44,921 bases of DNA from Thalassomonas sp. (GTDB lineage: Bacteria; Bacteroidota; Bacteroidia; Flavobacteriales; BACL11): assembly GCA_047617145.1 (NCBI GenBank), contig JBLGCF010000001.1:1-44921 (forward strand), written 5' to 3'. The position numbers and the translations under genes are program-made. Below the pieces are notes generated by a model. It ran no database searches and was not told where the DNA came from. It saw only the letters and a program-made list of their open reading frames with translations. Each line of letters begins with the position of its first letter. The stretch's first letter is position 1. This document shows positions 8,150-19,252 of the stretch, piece by piece.

Positions 8150-8983
8150 GTGGAAAAAGTCAGCAATATTATACCGTATTTTATTAAGCAACTGAGTGGC
8201 ATTGCTAATGAGCGTGAAATTATTTCTTGGGGGTATATTAGTATTGAACATTGTTTAGGCTTTAATCGGTCGGACTGTATAATTCACTCCAACAAGGAAA
8301 TTACTTCTGAAACATCAGATAGTCTTAAGCAGATTACTACCCATTTAAAAGCTAATAAACCTCTGCAATACATTCTTGGAAATGCAGATTTTTATGGATT
8401 ACAATTTAAGGTAAATGAATATACCTTAATCCCAAGACCAGAAACAGAAGAATTAGTGAGTTGGATTTTAGAACATGAATTTTTCTCTCTTTTGGATATA
8501 GGAACAGGAACAGGCTGTATTCCTATAAGCATTACTAAAAATAAAAATGTGCAATCTACTGCTATTGATATTTCAGAAAATGCATTGCTTCTGGCTAAAG
8601 AAAATGCAAGAATAAATAGAGTAGAAGTCAATTTTTTAAAGCAAGATATTTTTATAACTACTACTTTACCAAAAGTGGATTTAATTGTAAGTAATCCTCC
8701 TTATATACTAGATGAGGAAAAAGAATTAATGCTCGATAATGTTATGGATAACGAACCGCATTTAGCTCTTTTTGTTCCTGATAATAATCCTTTATTATTT
8801 TATAAAAAGATAGCAGAACTTGCTTTTGTGAATTTGCCAGAAAATGGATTGTTATTCTTTGAAATTAATGAGCAATTTGGAAATGAAACAATAGATATGC
8901 TAACCAAAATTGGTTTTGTTGATATTGAGTTGAAAAAAGACATAAACGATAAGGATAGAATGCTAAAAGCTATAAAGAAATAG
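8150..8983 (+). CDS. prmC: Peptide-chain-release-factor glutamine N5-methyltransferase PrmC (HemK)
   Basis: Motifs PLQYILG..F, LIPRPETEELV, the SAM motif LLDIGTGTGCI, and the catalytic NPPY (VSNPPYI). GTG start; there is no in-frame ATG nearby. Confidence 0.85.
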   Translation: MEKVSNIIPYFIKQLSGIANEREIISWGYISIEHCLGFNRSDCIIHSNKEITSETSDSLKQITTHLKANKPLQYILGNADFYGLQFKVNEYTLIPRPETEELVSWILEHEFFSLLDIGTGTGCIPISITKNKNVQSTAIDISENALLLAKENARINRVEVNFLKQDIFITTTLPKVDLIVSNPPYILDEEKELMLDNVMDNEPHLALFVPDNNPLLFYKKIAELAFVNLPENGLLFFEINEQFGNETIDMLTKIGFVDIELKKDINDKDRMLKAIKK

Positions 8984-9013
8984 TTATTTTTGAGAAAGAA
9001 AAATCAGTATAAA

Positions 9014-9469
9014 ATGATAACAAAACAAGAAGTTTTAAAGGCGCAAAAAAAGTGGTCGGATGGATTACTTAAAATTGTAGAGAAACATCAAAATAATAAA
9101 GACTATACTTTAGAAGCGTCTAATTTTATTGATGAAGTTTATGCTTATAATTCAGGAGAGGTTCTCTTTAAACCCACATTGGCTACTGATGTTCAGTTTA
9201 GGCTAAATAAAGTTGCTGCACTTTCCTATTTTGTAGGTGGTAATTCTGATTTTAAAGAGGATAAAGGCTTTGCTTTAAAGGGATGGACTGCTGTAAGGTG
9301 GGAAAACTCAGCCATAAAACTGGAGGGAGATATTGCTTTTGCAATGGGAAATTACTATTTTAAAAATAAGGATAGAGAACTTAAAGTTGAGTTCTCATTT
9401 TCCTATAAAAAAGAGGGTAATTACCTTAAAATAATCCTGCACGATTCTCATTTTCCCTTTAAAAAATAG
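9014..9469 (+). CDS. Conserved hypothetical protein, NTF2/SnoaL-like fold suspected
   Basis: 151 aa from ATG 9014; the ORF track's TTG at 8990 is less likely. Its TAG stop directly abuts the ligA ATG. Only general similarity to small alpha+beta cone proteins, with no catalytic motif. Confidence 0.45.
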   Translation: MITKQEVLKAQKKWSDGLLKIVEKHQNNKDYTLEASNFIDEVYAYNSGEVLFKPTLATDVQFRLNKVAALSYFVGGNSDFKEDKGFALKGWTAVRWENSAIKLEGDIAFAMGNYYFKNKDRELKVEFSFSYKKEGNYLKIILHDSHFPFKK

Positions 9470-11460
<1,991 letters not shown>

Positions 11461-11461
<1 letters not shown>

Positions 11462-12003
11462 TGCAATTTATAGAAAATACAAAACAAAAGATTGGGCAAT
11501 GGGTTTTTCAGAGAGATTTAAAAGCCAATAAGCGCTTAAAAGAGGTATGTAATTTGGATGCTGCAAATTCAATAGGGATTTTGTATGATGCTACTTCCGA
11601 AAAGCAAATAAAACAAGTAAAACCTTTTGTGGACTACTTTTTCAATTTGAAGAAGGATGTTAAGGCATTGGGCTTTGTGAATGCTAAGGAATTATCCTTT
11701 CATCATACCCCTAAATTACAATACGATTTTTTTTATCAAAAGGACCTAAACTGGTATTACAAACCACAGAATTATATCATTGATAATTTTGTAAAAAAGG
11801 AGTATGATATTTTGATTAATCTCTGTGATAGTAGCTGTATTCCTATCAAATATTTAGTGGCAAGTTCTATTGCACATTTTAAGATTGGGCAACATGAAGA
11901 AGGATATGAAATCTATGATTTAATGATTGCCTTGAAAGAAGATAAAAGTATGGATAAACTCATGCATGAAATAAAGCATTACATCAATTTAATAAATAAA
12001 TAA
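11461..12003 (+). CDS. Conserved hypothetical protein
   Basis: 180-aa ORF whose ATG overlaps the ligA stop (TAATG) and which ends 1 nt before dapA. Codon usage matches its neighbours. No recognisable motif. Confidence 0.5.
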
Positions 12004-12004
12004 T

Positions 12005-12874
12005 ATGGAGAAAATTAAAGGAACTGGAGTGGCGCTTATTACGCCTTTTAATGAAGATTTGAGTGTAGATTATATTGGTCTTAAAAAGCTAATCAATCAT
12101 CAAATTGAGGGCGGGATTGATTATTTAGTATTGATGGGTACAACTGGTGAAAGTGCAGTTTTATCAAAAGTTGAAAAGCAAGAAGTAATTGCATTTTGTA
12201 AGAAAATAAATGCAGAAAAACTACCTATCATATTGGGGATTGGAGGTAACAATACTTTGGCCTTAGTTGAGGAAATTAAAAATACTGATTTTACAGGTGT
12301 TGATGCAGTGCTTTCTGTTTCTCCTGCCTATAATAAACCTACGCAAGAGGGGATTTATCAGCATTATAAACTGATTGCAGATGTTTGTCCTTTACCGATT
12401 ATATTGTACAATGTTCCTGGCCGTACCGCAAGCAATATGGAGGTTGAAACTACTTTGCGCTTGGCAAATGATTTTGATAATATTGTTGCAGTAAAAGAGG
12501 CTTCAGGCGATATGGATCAAATAATGAAAATTATTAAAAATAAACCTAGTGATTTTGTAGTACTTTCAGGAGATGATGGACTTACTTTGCCTATGATTTA
12601 TATGGGAGCAGAGGGCGTAATTTCTGTTATTGGGCAATCGCACCCAAAGGAGTATTCTAATATGGTTTCTTTTGGAATGTCAGGGAATAAGAAAATTGCC
12701 AATCAATTGCATTATGAATTATATGATTTTTACGGACCATTATATGCTGAAGGAAATCCTGCAGGAGTAAAAGCCTGTTTGGAATTATTAGGGATTTGTA
12801 AAACAGTTGTTCGTCCGCCATTAGTTGAAGCAAGTGATACAATTAAAAATCAATTAAAAACATTGTTAAACTAA
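12005..12874 (+). CDS. dapA: 4-hydroxy-tetrahydrodipicolinate synthase DapA
   Basis: Motifs GTGVALITPF, GTTGES, YNVPGRT and the Schiff-base lysine context VAVKEASGD. Confidence 0.9.
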   Translation: MEKIKGTGVALITPFNEDLSVDYIGLKKLINHQIEGGIDYLVLMGTTGESAVLSKVEKQEVIAFCKKINAEKLPIILGIGGNNTLALVEEIKNTDFTGVDAVLSVSPAYNKPTQEGIYQHYKLIADVCPLPIILYNVPGRTASNMEVETTLRLANDFDNIVAVKEASGDMDQIMKIIKNKPSDFVVLSGDDGLTLPMIYMGAEGVISVIGQSHPKEYSNMVSFGMSGNKKIANQLHYELYDFYGPLYAEGNPAGVKACLELLGICKTVVRPPLVEASDTIKNQLKTLLN

Positions 12875-13407
12875 TGAAAAATCTAATTCTATTAATTATG
12901 GCAATATTTACCTTTAGTACTAGTAATGCACAAGAATCAATTTATGATGTAGCAATCAATGATATTAGCGGTAATCCTATCGATTTAAACACCTTTAAGG
13001 GCAAACATATCTTATTTGTTAATGTGGCTTCAGAGTGTGGGTTTACGCCACAATACGCAGGATTGGAAGAGTTACATCAGCAGTTTAAAGAAGGTTTAGT
13101 TGTGATTGGTTTACCTTGCAATCAGTTTGGGGAACAAGAGAAAGGAACTGAAAAAGAGATTCAGCAGTTTTGTACTAAAAACTTTGGCGTTAGTTTTTTA
13201 TTGACAGAGAAAATTGAGGTGAAAGGAGAAGGAAAACATCCGCTTTATAATTGGTTAACGGATAAAAAGATAAACGGAAAGTCCAGTTCTTCAGTAAAAT
13301 GGAACTTTCAAAAATATATTGTTGATGCGGATGGGGAGTTTGTAAACTACTTTTACTGCACTACAAAACCATTAAGCCCAAAAATCACTTCAATCCTTAA
13401 GCAATAA
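12874..13407 (+). CDS. Glutathione-peroxidase-family thiol peroxidase with signal peptide
   Basis: Motifs VNVASECGFTPQY, LPCNQFGEQE, WNFQKYIV. N-terminal signal peptide ends SNAQ|E. Start overlaps the dapA stop (TAATG). Confidence 0.85.
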   Translation: MKNLILLIMAIFTFSTSNAQESIYDVAINDISGNPIDLNTFKGKHILFVNVASECGFTPQYAGLEELHQQFKEGLVVIGLPCNQFGEQEKGTEKEIQQFCTKNFGVSFLLTEKIEVKGEGKHPLYNWLTDKKINGKSSSSVKWNFQKYIVDADGEFVNYFYCTTKPLSPKITSILKQ

Positions 13408-13468
13408 ATTCAAATTATTGTAGTTTACTAGATATGAAAATAATTTAGGAATATCCAATTATTGCATT

Positions 13469-13476
13469 TATCTTTG
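13469..13476 (+). promoter_or_regulatory. -7 promoter box TATCTTTG for the bamD operon
   Basis: Exact TAnnTTTG, 16 nt upstream of ATG 13493. Confidence 0.45.
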
Positions 13477-13492
13477 CCACCCATTAAAAATT

Positions 13493-14305
13493 ATGATGAG
13501 AAAAATAACAAATATACTATTACTTGCCTTAGTGCTCAATTCTTGTGGAGAATATCAGAAAGTACTAAAGAGTGATGATTATAACTATAAGTATACAAAA
13601 GCGGTTGCCTATTATGAAGCGGAGGATTTTAATAGAGCAATGCCTTTGTTCAATGAATTATCTACTGTACTAAGAGGAACTGCAAAAATGCAAGAGGTAA
13701 GTTATTATTTTGCGTATTGTCATTATTCGGCTAGTGATAATTTAATGGCGGCTTATTTATTTAAGAACTTCACAAAAAACTATCCGAATAGTAAGCATAC
13801 TGAAGAGTGTGCTTATATGGCTGCTTATTGCTATTATTTGGAAGCGCCTAACTATTCTCTTGATGCAACTAATAATTACAAAGCAATAAAGGAACTACAA
13901 GCTTTTGTAAATAAATTTCCTAGTAGTGATAGAGTAGAAAAATGCAATGCATTGCTAGATGAGTTAAGAGCAATATTGTCTAAAAAAGCATTTGAAAATG
14001 CAAAGCAATACTTTACAACTGAAAATTATAAATCGGCAATTATTGCTTTGGAAAATGTGTTGATTGATTTTCCGTCTTATAGTAATAGGGAAGAAGTTCA
14101 TTTTTTAATTGTAAAATCCACCTATTTACTAGCTGTTAATAGTATTAGTACTAAGGTTACTCCTAGGTTAAAAGCAACTTTGGATGCTTATGCACAGTTT
14201 AAGGATAACTACCCGAATAGCGACTATATAAAAGATTTAGAAAACACTTATAATAAAACGAATAAAACTTTAACTGAATTAAAAGAAAACAAAGATGAAA
14301 TTTAA
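13493..14305 (+). CDS. bamD: Outer-membrane protein assembly factor BamD (TPR lipoprotein)
   Basis: Lipobox LNSC|G. TPR-like helical repeats (YYEAEDFNRAMPLF, YYLEAPNYSLD, FVNKFPSSDRV). Conserved Bacteroidota position upstream of rpoZ-coaBC. Confidence 0.75.
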   Translation: MMRKITNILLLALVLNSCGEYQKVLKSDDYNYKYTKAVAYYEAEDFNRAMPLFNELSTVLRGTAKMQEVSYYFAYCHYSASDNLMAAYLFKNFTKNYPNSKHTEECAYMAAYCYYLEAPNYSLDATNNYKAIKELQAFVNKFPSSDRVEKCNALLDELRAILSKKAFENAKQYFTTENYKSAIIALENVLIDFPSYSNREEVHFLIVKSTYLLAVNSISTKVTPRLKATLDAYAQFKDNYPNSDYIKDLENTYNKTNKTLTELKENKDEI

Positions 14306-14648
14306 AAAAACAGGAGCACAGAAGTCAACAATTACTAGAGATGTAGATGATTTTGTAGCAAAAACTGATAATATTTTTAAAGCTGTTTCAGTAATGGCAA
14401 AAAGATCAGCTCAGGTTAATGGTAAGATGAAAGAGGAGTTAATGTCAAAGTTAGAAGAGTTTGCATTAACACAAGAGCAATTGGATGAAGTTTTTGAAAA
14501 CCAAGAGCAAATTGCAGTTTCAAAATTTTATGAAAGTTTACCAAAGCCTTGGGCAATTGCAATGAAGGAGTTGTTGAATGATGAAATCTATATGCGTGAT
14601 GCTGATTCAGAAGAAGAAAGTGCAGAGGATTCAAATCAAGATGCTTAA
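14295..14648 (+). CDS. rpoZ: RNA polymerase omega subunit (Bacteroidota type)
   Basis: 117 aa with NIFKAVSVMAKRSAQVN, EVFENQEQIAVSKFYESLPKPWAIA and an acidic tail. Conserved location between bamD and coaBC. Overlaps the bamD end by 11 nt. Confidence 0.6.
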   Translation: MKFKKTGAQKSTITRDVDDFVAKTDNIFKAVSVMAKRSAQVNGKMKEELMSKLEEFALTQEQLDEVFENQEQIAVSKFYESLPKPWAIAMKELLNDEIYMRDADSEEESAEDSNQDA

Positions 14649-15840
14649 GGAAAAGAAAGTATTATTAGGGGTAACTGCTAGTATTGCAGCTTATAAAACA
14701 GCTGAACTAGTACGCCTATTTAAAAAAGCAGGAGCTTCAGTTAGAGTAATTCAAACTGAGGCTTCTTTGGATTTTGTTGCTCCGTTAACCTTAGCAACTT
14801 TGTCTGAAAACCCTGTGCTAACTAAAATGGTTGATGCTGATAGTGGAGAGTGGAGCAATCATGTAGAGCTAGGGTTATGGGCCGATATGATTGTAGTGGC
14901 ACCCTTAACAGCTAATACTATGGCAAAAATGAAAGCGGGTGAATGTGATAATTTACTTTTAGCTACTTATTTATCAGCCAAATGTCCTGTTTATTTTGCA
15001 CCTGCTATGGATTTGGACATGTATAAACACCCTTCTACAAAAGCAAATATCGCAACTTTGGAAGAATATGGAAATATTCTTATTCCTTCAGGATTTGGTG
15101 AGTTAGCAAGTGGTTTGATTGGAGAGGGAAGAATGGCAGAGCCATCCGAAATTATTGAACACATCACTGATGAGTTAAATAAGAATTTGCCTTTAACACA
15201 TAAAAAAGTATTGATTACGGCAGGCCCAACTCACGAGCCGATTGATCCTGTTCGTTTTATTGGAAATAAATCTTCAGGTAAAATGGGAATTGCACTTGCG
15301 CTTGAAGCGGCAAATCAAGGCGCTAAAGTTAATTTGGTTTTAGGACCTACACATCTGGACTGTAAGCATGCCAACATTACAATCTATAAGGTTGAAACTG
15401 CTGAGCAAATGCATAAGCAAGTAAACTCTCATTTCTCCAGTACTGATATTGGAATTTTTGCTGCTGCTGTAGCGGATTATAGTCCTGAGTTTACAGCTGA
15501 AAATAAGATAAAAAAACAAACTGAAAATATAAATATCTCTCTTAAAAAGACAGCTGATATTTTAGCGGAAATGGGAAGTAAGAAAAAAGAGAAACAATTT
15601 GTTGTTGGTTTTGCTTTAGAGACTGAAAATGAAATTGAAAATGCAAAATCAAAACTTACCCGAAAAAACTTAGATATGATTGTGTTGAATTCTTTGAGTA
15701 ATAAGGGGGCGGGTTTTCAGCATAACACTAATAAAATTACTATTATTGACAAAGCCAATAATATCACTGATTTTGAGTTAAAGGATAAGAGTGAAGTGGC
15801 AAAAGATATTTTTAATAAAATTATTGAATTAAGTAAATGA
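14641..15840 (+). CDS. coaBC: Bifunctional phosphopantothenoylcysteine decarboxylase / phosphopantothenate-cysteine ligase CoaBC
   Basis: Start placed at ATG 14641 (MLKEKKVLLGVTASIAAYK, the flavoprotein N-terminus). The 21 upstream codons in the ORF track overlap rpoZ. Also has PAMDLDMY, ITAGPTHEPIDPVRFIGNKSSGKMG and AAAVADY. Confidence 0.9.
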   Translation: MLKEKKVLLGVTASIAAYKTAELVRLFKKAGASVRVIQTEASLDFVAPLTLATLSENPVLTKMVDADSGEWSNHVELGLWADMIVVAPLTANTMAKMKAGECDNLLLATYLSAKCPVYFAPAMDLDMYKHPSTKANIATLEEYGNILIPSGFGELASGLIGEGRMAEPSEIIEHITDELNKNLPLTHKKVLITAGPTHEPIDPVRFIGNKSSGKMGIALALEAANQGAKVNLVLGPTHLDCKHANITIYKVETAEQMHKQVNSHFSSTDIGIFAAAVADYSPEFTAENKIKKQTENINISLKKTADILAEMGSKKKEKQFVVGFALETENEIENAKSKLTRKNLDMIVLNSLSNKGAGFQHNTNKITIIDKANNITDFELKDKSEVAKDIFNKIIELSK

Positions 15841-16748
15841 AAAAAATAGTTGTTTGTTTATTGTTTATTGCAACAGTCTTCAATGCAAATTCTCAGGAAT
15901 TATTATGTAATGTGAGGGTAAATTCTAGTCAAGTTCAAACAAGCGATAGAAAGGTTTTCCAAACCATGCAGACTGAGATTTATGAGTTCATAAACAATAG
16001 AAAATGGACAACTACTAATATTCAAAGTGAGGAGCGTATAGAATGCACTATCATGATTAATATTAGTAAAAAAATATCGAATGATGAGTATGAGGGGTCT
16101 ATTCAAATTCAGAGTACTCGCCCTATTTATGGTACTTCTTATAAGTCTACTTTATTTAATTATTTGGATAATAATTTCAAGTTTAAATATTTAGAATATC
16201 AATCTTTAGAATTTTCTGAATCAACACATATGTCTAATCTTACTTCAGTATTGGCATTTTATGTTAATATTATTTTAGGCTTAGATTTTGCTACTTTTTC
16301 AGAAGATGGTGCTTATGAGTATTTTTCAAAAGCTCAAAAAATTGTAAGTAATGCTCAAAATGTTAGAGAAACAGGATGGAAAGCTTTTGAGAGTGATAAA
16401 AATAGATATTGGTTAGTGCATGATTTAATGGATCAAAGGTATGCTGATATCCATATGTGTATGTACCGTTATCATAGGAGAGGAATGGATAATTTAGCAG
16501 AAGATCCAGATGATGCTCGTTTTGAAATTACAGAGGCTCTGGAAAGTCTAAAAAGCATATATAGAGAGAATTCCTCTGCCTTTATTCTTAAGTTGTTTTT
16601 TGACGCAAAAGCAGATGAAATTGTTAAAATTTATTCTGAAGCATTTCCTAATGAAAAAGCTAGGATTGTTAAAACTTTAGTTGAGATCGACCCTTCTCAT
16701 TCTACAAAGTATCAGGCCATTTTAAAATCATCAGATTCAGGTAGATGA
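15837..16748 (+). CDS. DUF4835-family protein (T9SS-associated family in Bacteroidota)
   Basis: Signal peptide ends ANSQ|E. Family-typical start ELLCNVRVNSSQVQ. Sits in the conserved coaBC-recN slot. ATGA overlaps at both ends. Confidence 0.55.
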   Translation: MKKIVVCLLFIATVFNANSQELLCNVRVNSSQVQTSDRKVFQTMQTEIYEFINNRKWTTTNIQSEERIECTIMINISKKISNDEYEGSIQIQSTRPIYGTSYKSTLFNYLDNNFKFKYLEYQSLEFSESTHMSNLTSVLAFYVNIILGLDFATFSEDGAYEYFSKAQKIVSNAQNVRETGWKAFESDKNRYWLVHDLMDQRYADIHMCMYRYHRRGMDNLAEDPDDARFEITEALESLKSIYRENSSAFILKLFFDAKADEIVKIYSEAFPNEKARIVKTLVEIDPSHSTKYQAILKSSDSGR

Positions 16749-18382
16749 TAAAGAGCTTACACATTAAAAATTATGCTTTATTGATAAATGCAAGTGTTAA
16801 TTTTACTAATGGATTTACTGTAATTTCTGGAGAAACAGGTGCTGGAAAGTCCATTATGTTGGATGCCTTATCATTGCTTTTAGGTAAAAGAGTAGAGCGT
16901 TTCTCGGTAGATAAAAAAAGGCCTAAAAGTACTATTGAGGCAGTATTTAGTGTCGATAGTTCTAAAAAAAAATTCTTTAGTGATAATGATTTAGATTTTG
17001 AAGAAGATACAGTAGTAAGGCGTGAGATAAATGCATCAGGAAAGAGTAGGGCATTTATTAATGATACACCTGTTTTGTTGCAAGTTTTAACTGATTTTGG
17101 GAAGCAGATTATTGAGATTCATGCGCAACATCAGTCCGTGTTATTGAAAGATGAACAAGCACAATTTTCTTTAATTGATTCCTTAGCAAAATCACAAAAC
17201 TCCCTAGAAATTTATCAGAAAGAATTAAAGCAATATTCTACATTAGTCTCAGCTTTAAATACAATAAAAAAATCGGGTAGTTTATCATTTTCTGAACTGG
17301 AATTTTTACAATTTCAATTTGATGAATTGAATGATGCTAATCTAGTAGAAAATGAAAAAGAAGAAATAGAGGATAAGATATCATTATTAGAAAATGTTGA
17401 TGGTATATCAAGTGCTCTTGCTGAAGGAGAACATTGCCTGAATAACGAGCAAGGAGTACTAGTGTTATTAAGTGCACTTAAGAGAAAGTTAATTGAGTTT
17501 GATACTTTCAGTGAATTATCAGCAAGAGTAGAGAGTGTACTGATAGAATTGAATGATGTAAGTGCAGAGTTATCTGAAATAAATAACAAGTTAGATGCTG
17601 ATCCAGAGCAATTACTAAAATTAAACAATCGCTTGGATATTATTAATAATTTATTGCAAAAACACAGAAAACAATTTATTGAAGAGTTAATTGATTTAAA
17701 GGATGAAATTGAGAATAAAATTCAAATATCTTCTTCCTTTGAGGTGCAGATAAGTGCAAAAGAAAAAGAAATAGAAAAGCAAATTGAAATTTTAAAAGTT
17801 GCTGCTGAAGCTTTAACCACTAAAAGAAATAAAGTTTCACCAAAAATTAAGAAAGAGCTTGAAAGGCATTTGCAAAAATTAGGAATGCCTTATGCTCAGT
17901 TTGAGGTTGTGCTTAACAAAATAGATCAGTTTCATCAAAACGGTAATACGGATATCGCTTTTTTGTTTTCGGCCAATAAAGGAAGTGCTTTGCAGGAAGT
18001 TGCAAAAGTAGCTTCAGGAGGGGAGCTTTCAAGGCTAATGTTAGCAATAAAGTACATTACTGCACAATCATCAAAGGTAAATACACTAATTTTTGACGAA
18101 ATAGACACTGGAGTAAGTGGTGAAATTGCAAGTTTAATGGGAGATATGATGTTTGAAATTAGTAAAGAAAATCAGCTTATTGCAATATCACATTTACCTC
18201 AAATCGCATCAAAAGCAAGTACGCATTTAAAGGTAGTAAAGAAGGTCATAAATGACAATACTATATCGGATATTATTACTTTAAATGATACACAAAGAAT
18301 TGAGGAAATAGCAAAATTATTAAGTGGTAAAAAATTAACTAAAGCAGCTTATGATAATGCAGTGGATTTATTAAATCAATAA
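16745..18382 (+). CDS. recN: DNA repair protein RecN
   Basis: Walker A GETGAGKS, a long central coiled coil, the SMC signature ASGGELSR and Walker B LIFDEIDTGVSG. Confidence 0.9.
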   Translation: MIKSLHIKNYALLINASVNFTNGFTVISGETGAGKSIMLDALSLLLGKRVERFSVDKKRPKSTIEAVFSVDSSKKKFFSDNDLDFEEDTVVRREINASGKSRAFINDTPVLLQVLTDFGKQIIEIHAQHQSVLLKDEQAQFSLIDSLAKSQNSLEIYQKELKQYSTLVSALNTIKKSGSLSFSELEFLQFQFDELNDANLVENEKEEIEDKISLLENVDGISSALAEGEHCLNNEQGVLVLLSALKRKLIEFDTFSELSARVESVLIELNDVSAELSEINNKLDADPEQLLKLNNRLDIINNLLQKHRKQFIEELIDLKDEIENKIQISSSFEVQISAKEKEIEKQIEILKVAAEALTTKRNKVSPKIKKELERHLQKLGMPYAQFEVVLNKIDQFHQNGNTDIAFLFSANKGSALQEVAKVASGGELSRLMLAIKYITAQSSKVNTLIFDEIDTGVSGEIASLMGDMMFEISKENQLIAISHLPQIASKASTHLKVVKKVINDNTISDIITLNDTQRIEEIAKLLSGKKLTKAAYDNAVDLLNQ

Positions 18383-18385
18383 TTT

Positions 18386-18393
18386 TATATTTG
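18386..18393 (+). promoter_or_regulatory. -7 promoter box TATATTTG for fabI
   Basis: Exact TAnnTTTG, 18 nt upstream of ATG 18412. Confidence 0.45.
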
Positions 18394-18411
18394 CAAAATA
18401 AATTATACAAA

Positions 18412-19251
18412 ATGGCAAACAATATTTTAAAAGGAAAAAGAGGAATTATTTTTGGAGCATTAGATAGTAAATCTATCGCTTGGAAAGTTGCACAGCATGC
18501 ACATGATGAGGGAGCAACATTTGTACTTACTAATGCGCCAATTGCTTTGCGTATGGGTACAATTAACGAATTGGCTGAAGAAACAGGTTCAATTGTTATT
18601 CCAGCTGATGCAACTTCAATGGAGGATTTAAAAGCATTGTATGAAGGTGCAATGGAAGAGTTAGGAGGGAAGATTGACTTTGTATTGCATTCTATTGGGA
18701 TGTCAGTAAATGTGCGTAAAGGAAGAGCATATTACGAGCAAAACTATGATTGGAATAAGAAGGGCTATGATGTATCTGCTTTATCTTTTCATAAAACTAT
18801 GCAAGCTGCTTGGGAGTTAGATGCACTTAGTGAGTGGGGTTCAGTTGTTGGACTTTCTTATATTGCAGCTCAAAGAGTATTTCATACCTATAATGATATG
18901 GCTGACAATAAAGCTATGTTAGAATCAATTGCCAGAAGTTTTGGGTATCATTATGGATTAAGAAGAAAAGTAAGAGTAAATACTATTTCTCAATCACCAA
19001 CTGATACTACTGCAGGAAGTGGTGTGGCTGGTTTTGATGGTTTTTATAGGTTTGCAAATGACTTATCTCCTTTAGGAAATGCTACTTCTGATGAGTGTGC
19101 TGATTACTGTATCTCAATGTTCTCTGATTATACAAGAAAAGTAACTATGCAGAATCTATTCCATGATGGAGGATTCTCATTTACTGGAATGAGTGAAACA
19201 GCAATGGACACTTATTTGAAAGTAATGGAAGACGAGAAACAAGGGGAATAA
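18412..19251 (+). CDS. fabI: Enoyl-[acyl-carrier-protein] reductase (NADH) FabI
   Basis: Start at ATG 18412 (MANNILKGKRGIIFGA..SIAW). The ORF track's TTG at 18391 lies inside the promoter box. Has an SDR fold and the SYIAAQR..YN.M...KA catalytic Tyr/Lys region. Confidence 0.85.
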   Translation: MANNILKGKRGIIFGALDSKSIAWKVAQHAHDEGATFVLTNAPIALRMGTINELAEETGSIVIPADATSMEDLKALYEGAMEELGGKIDFVLHSIGMSVNVRKGRAYYEQNYDWNKKGYDVSALSFHKTMQAAWELDALSEWGSVVGLSYIAAQRVFHTYNDMADNKAMLESIARSFGYHYGLRRKVRVNTISQSPTDTTAGSGVAGFDGFYRFANDLSPLGNATSDECADYCISMFSDYTRKVTMQNLFHDGGFSFTGMSETAMDTYLKVMEDEKQGE

Positions 19252-19252
19252 T

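Noticed and set aside
14578-14640. 5' extensions offered by the ORF track for coaBC (14578). The same issue applies to the M16 peptidase (26949), fabI (18391), the second lipoprotein (3032), the NTF2-like protein (8990) and the small membrane protein (36610).
   Set aside because: The extensions overlap the preceding gene or a promoter box, and they encode Lys/Gln-rich junk. In each case an internal ATG yields the canonical family N-terminus or a proper signal peptide.
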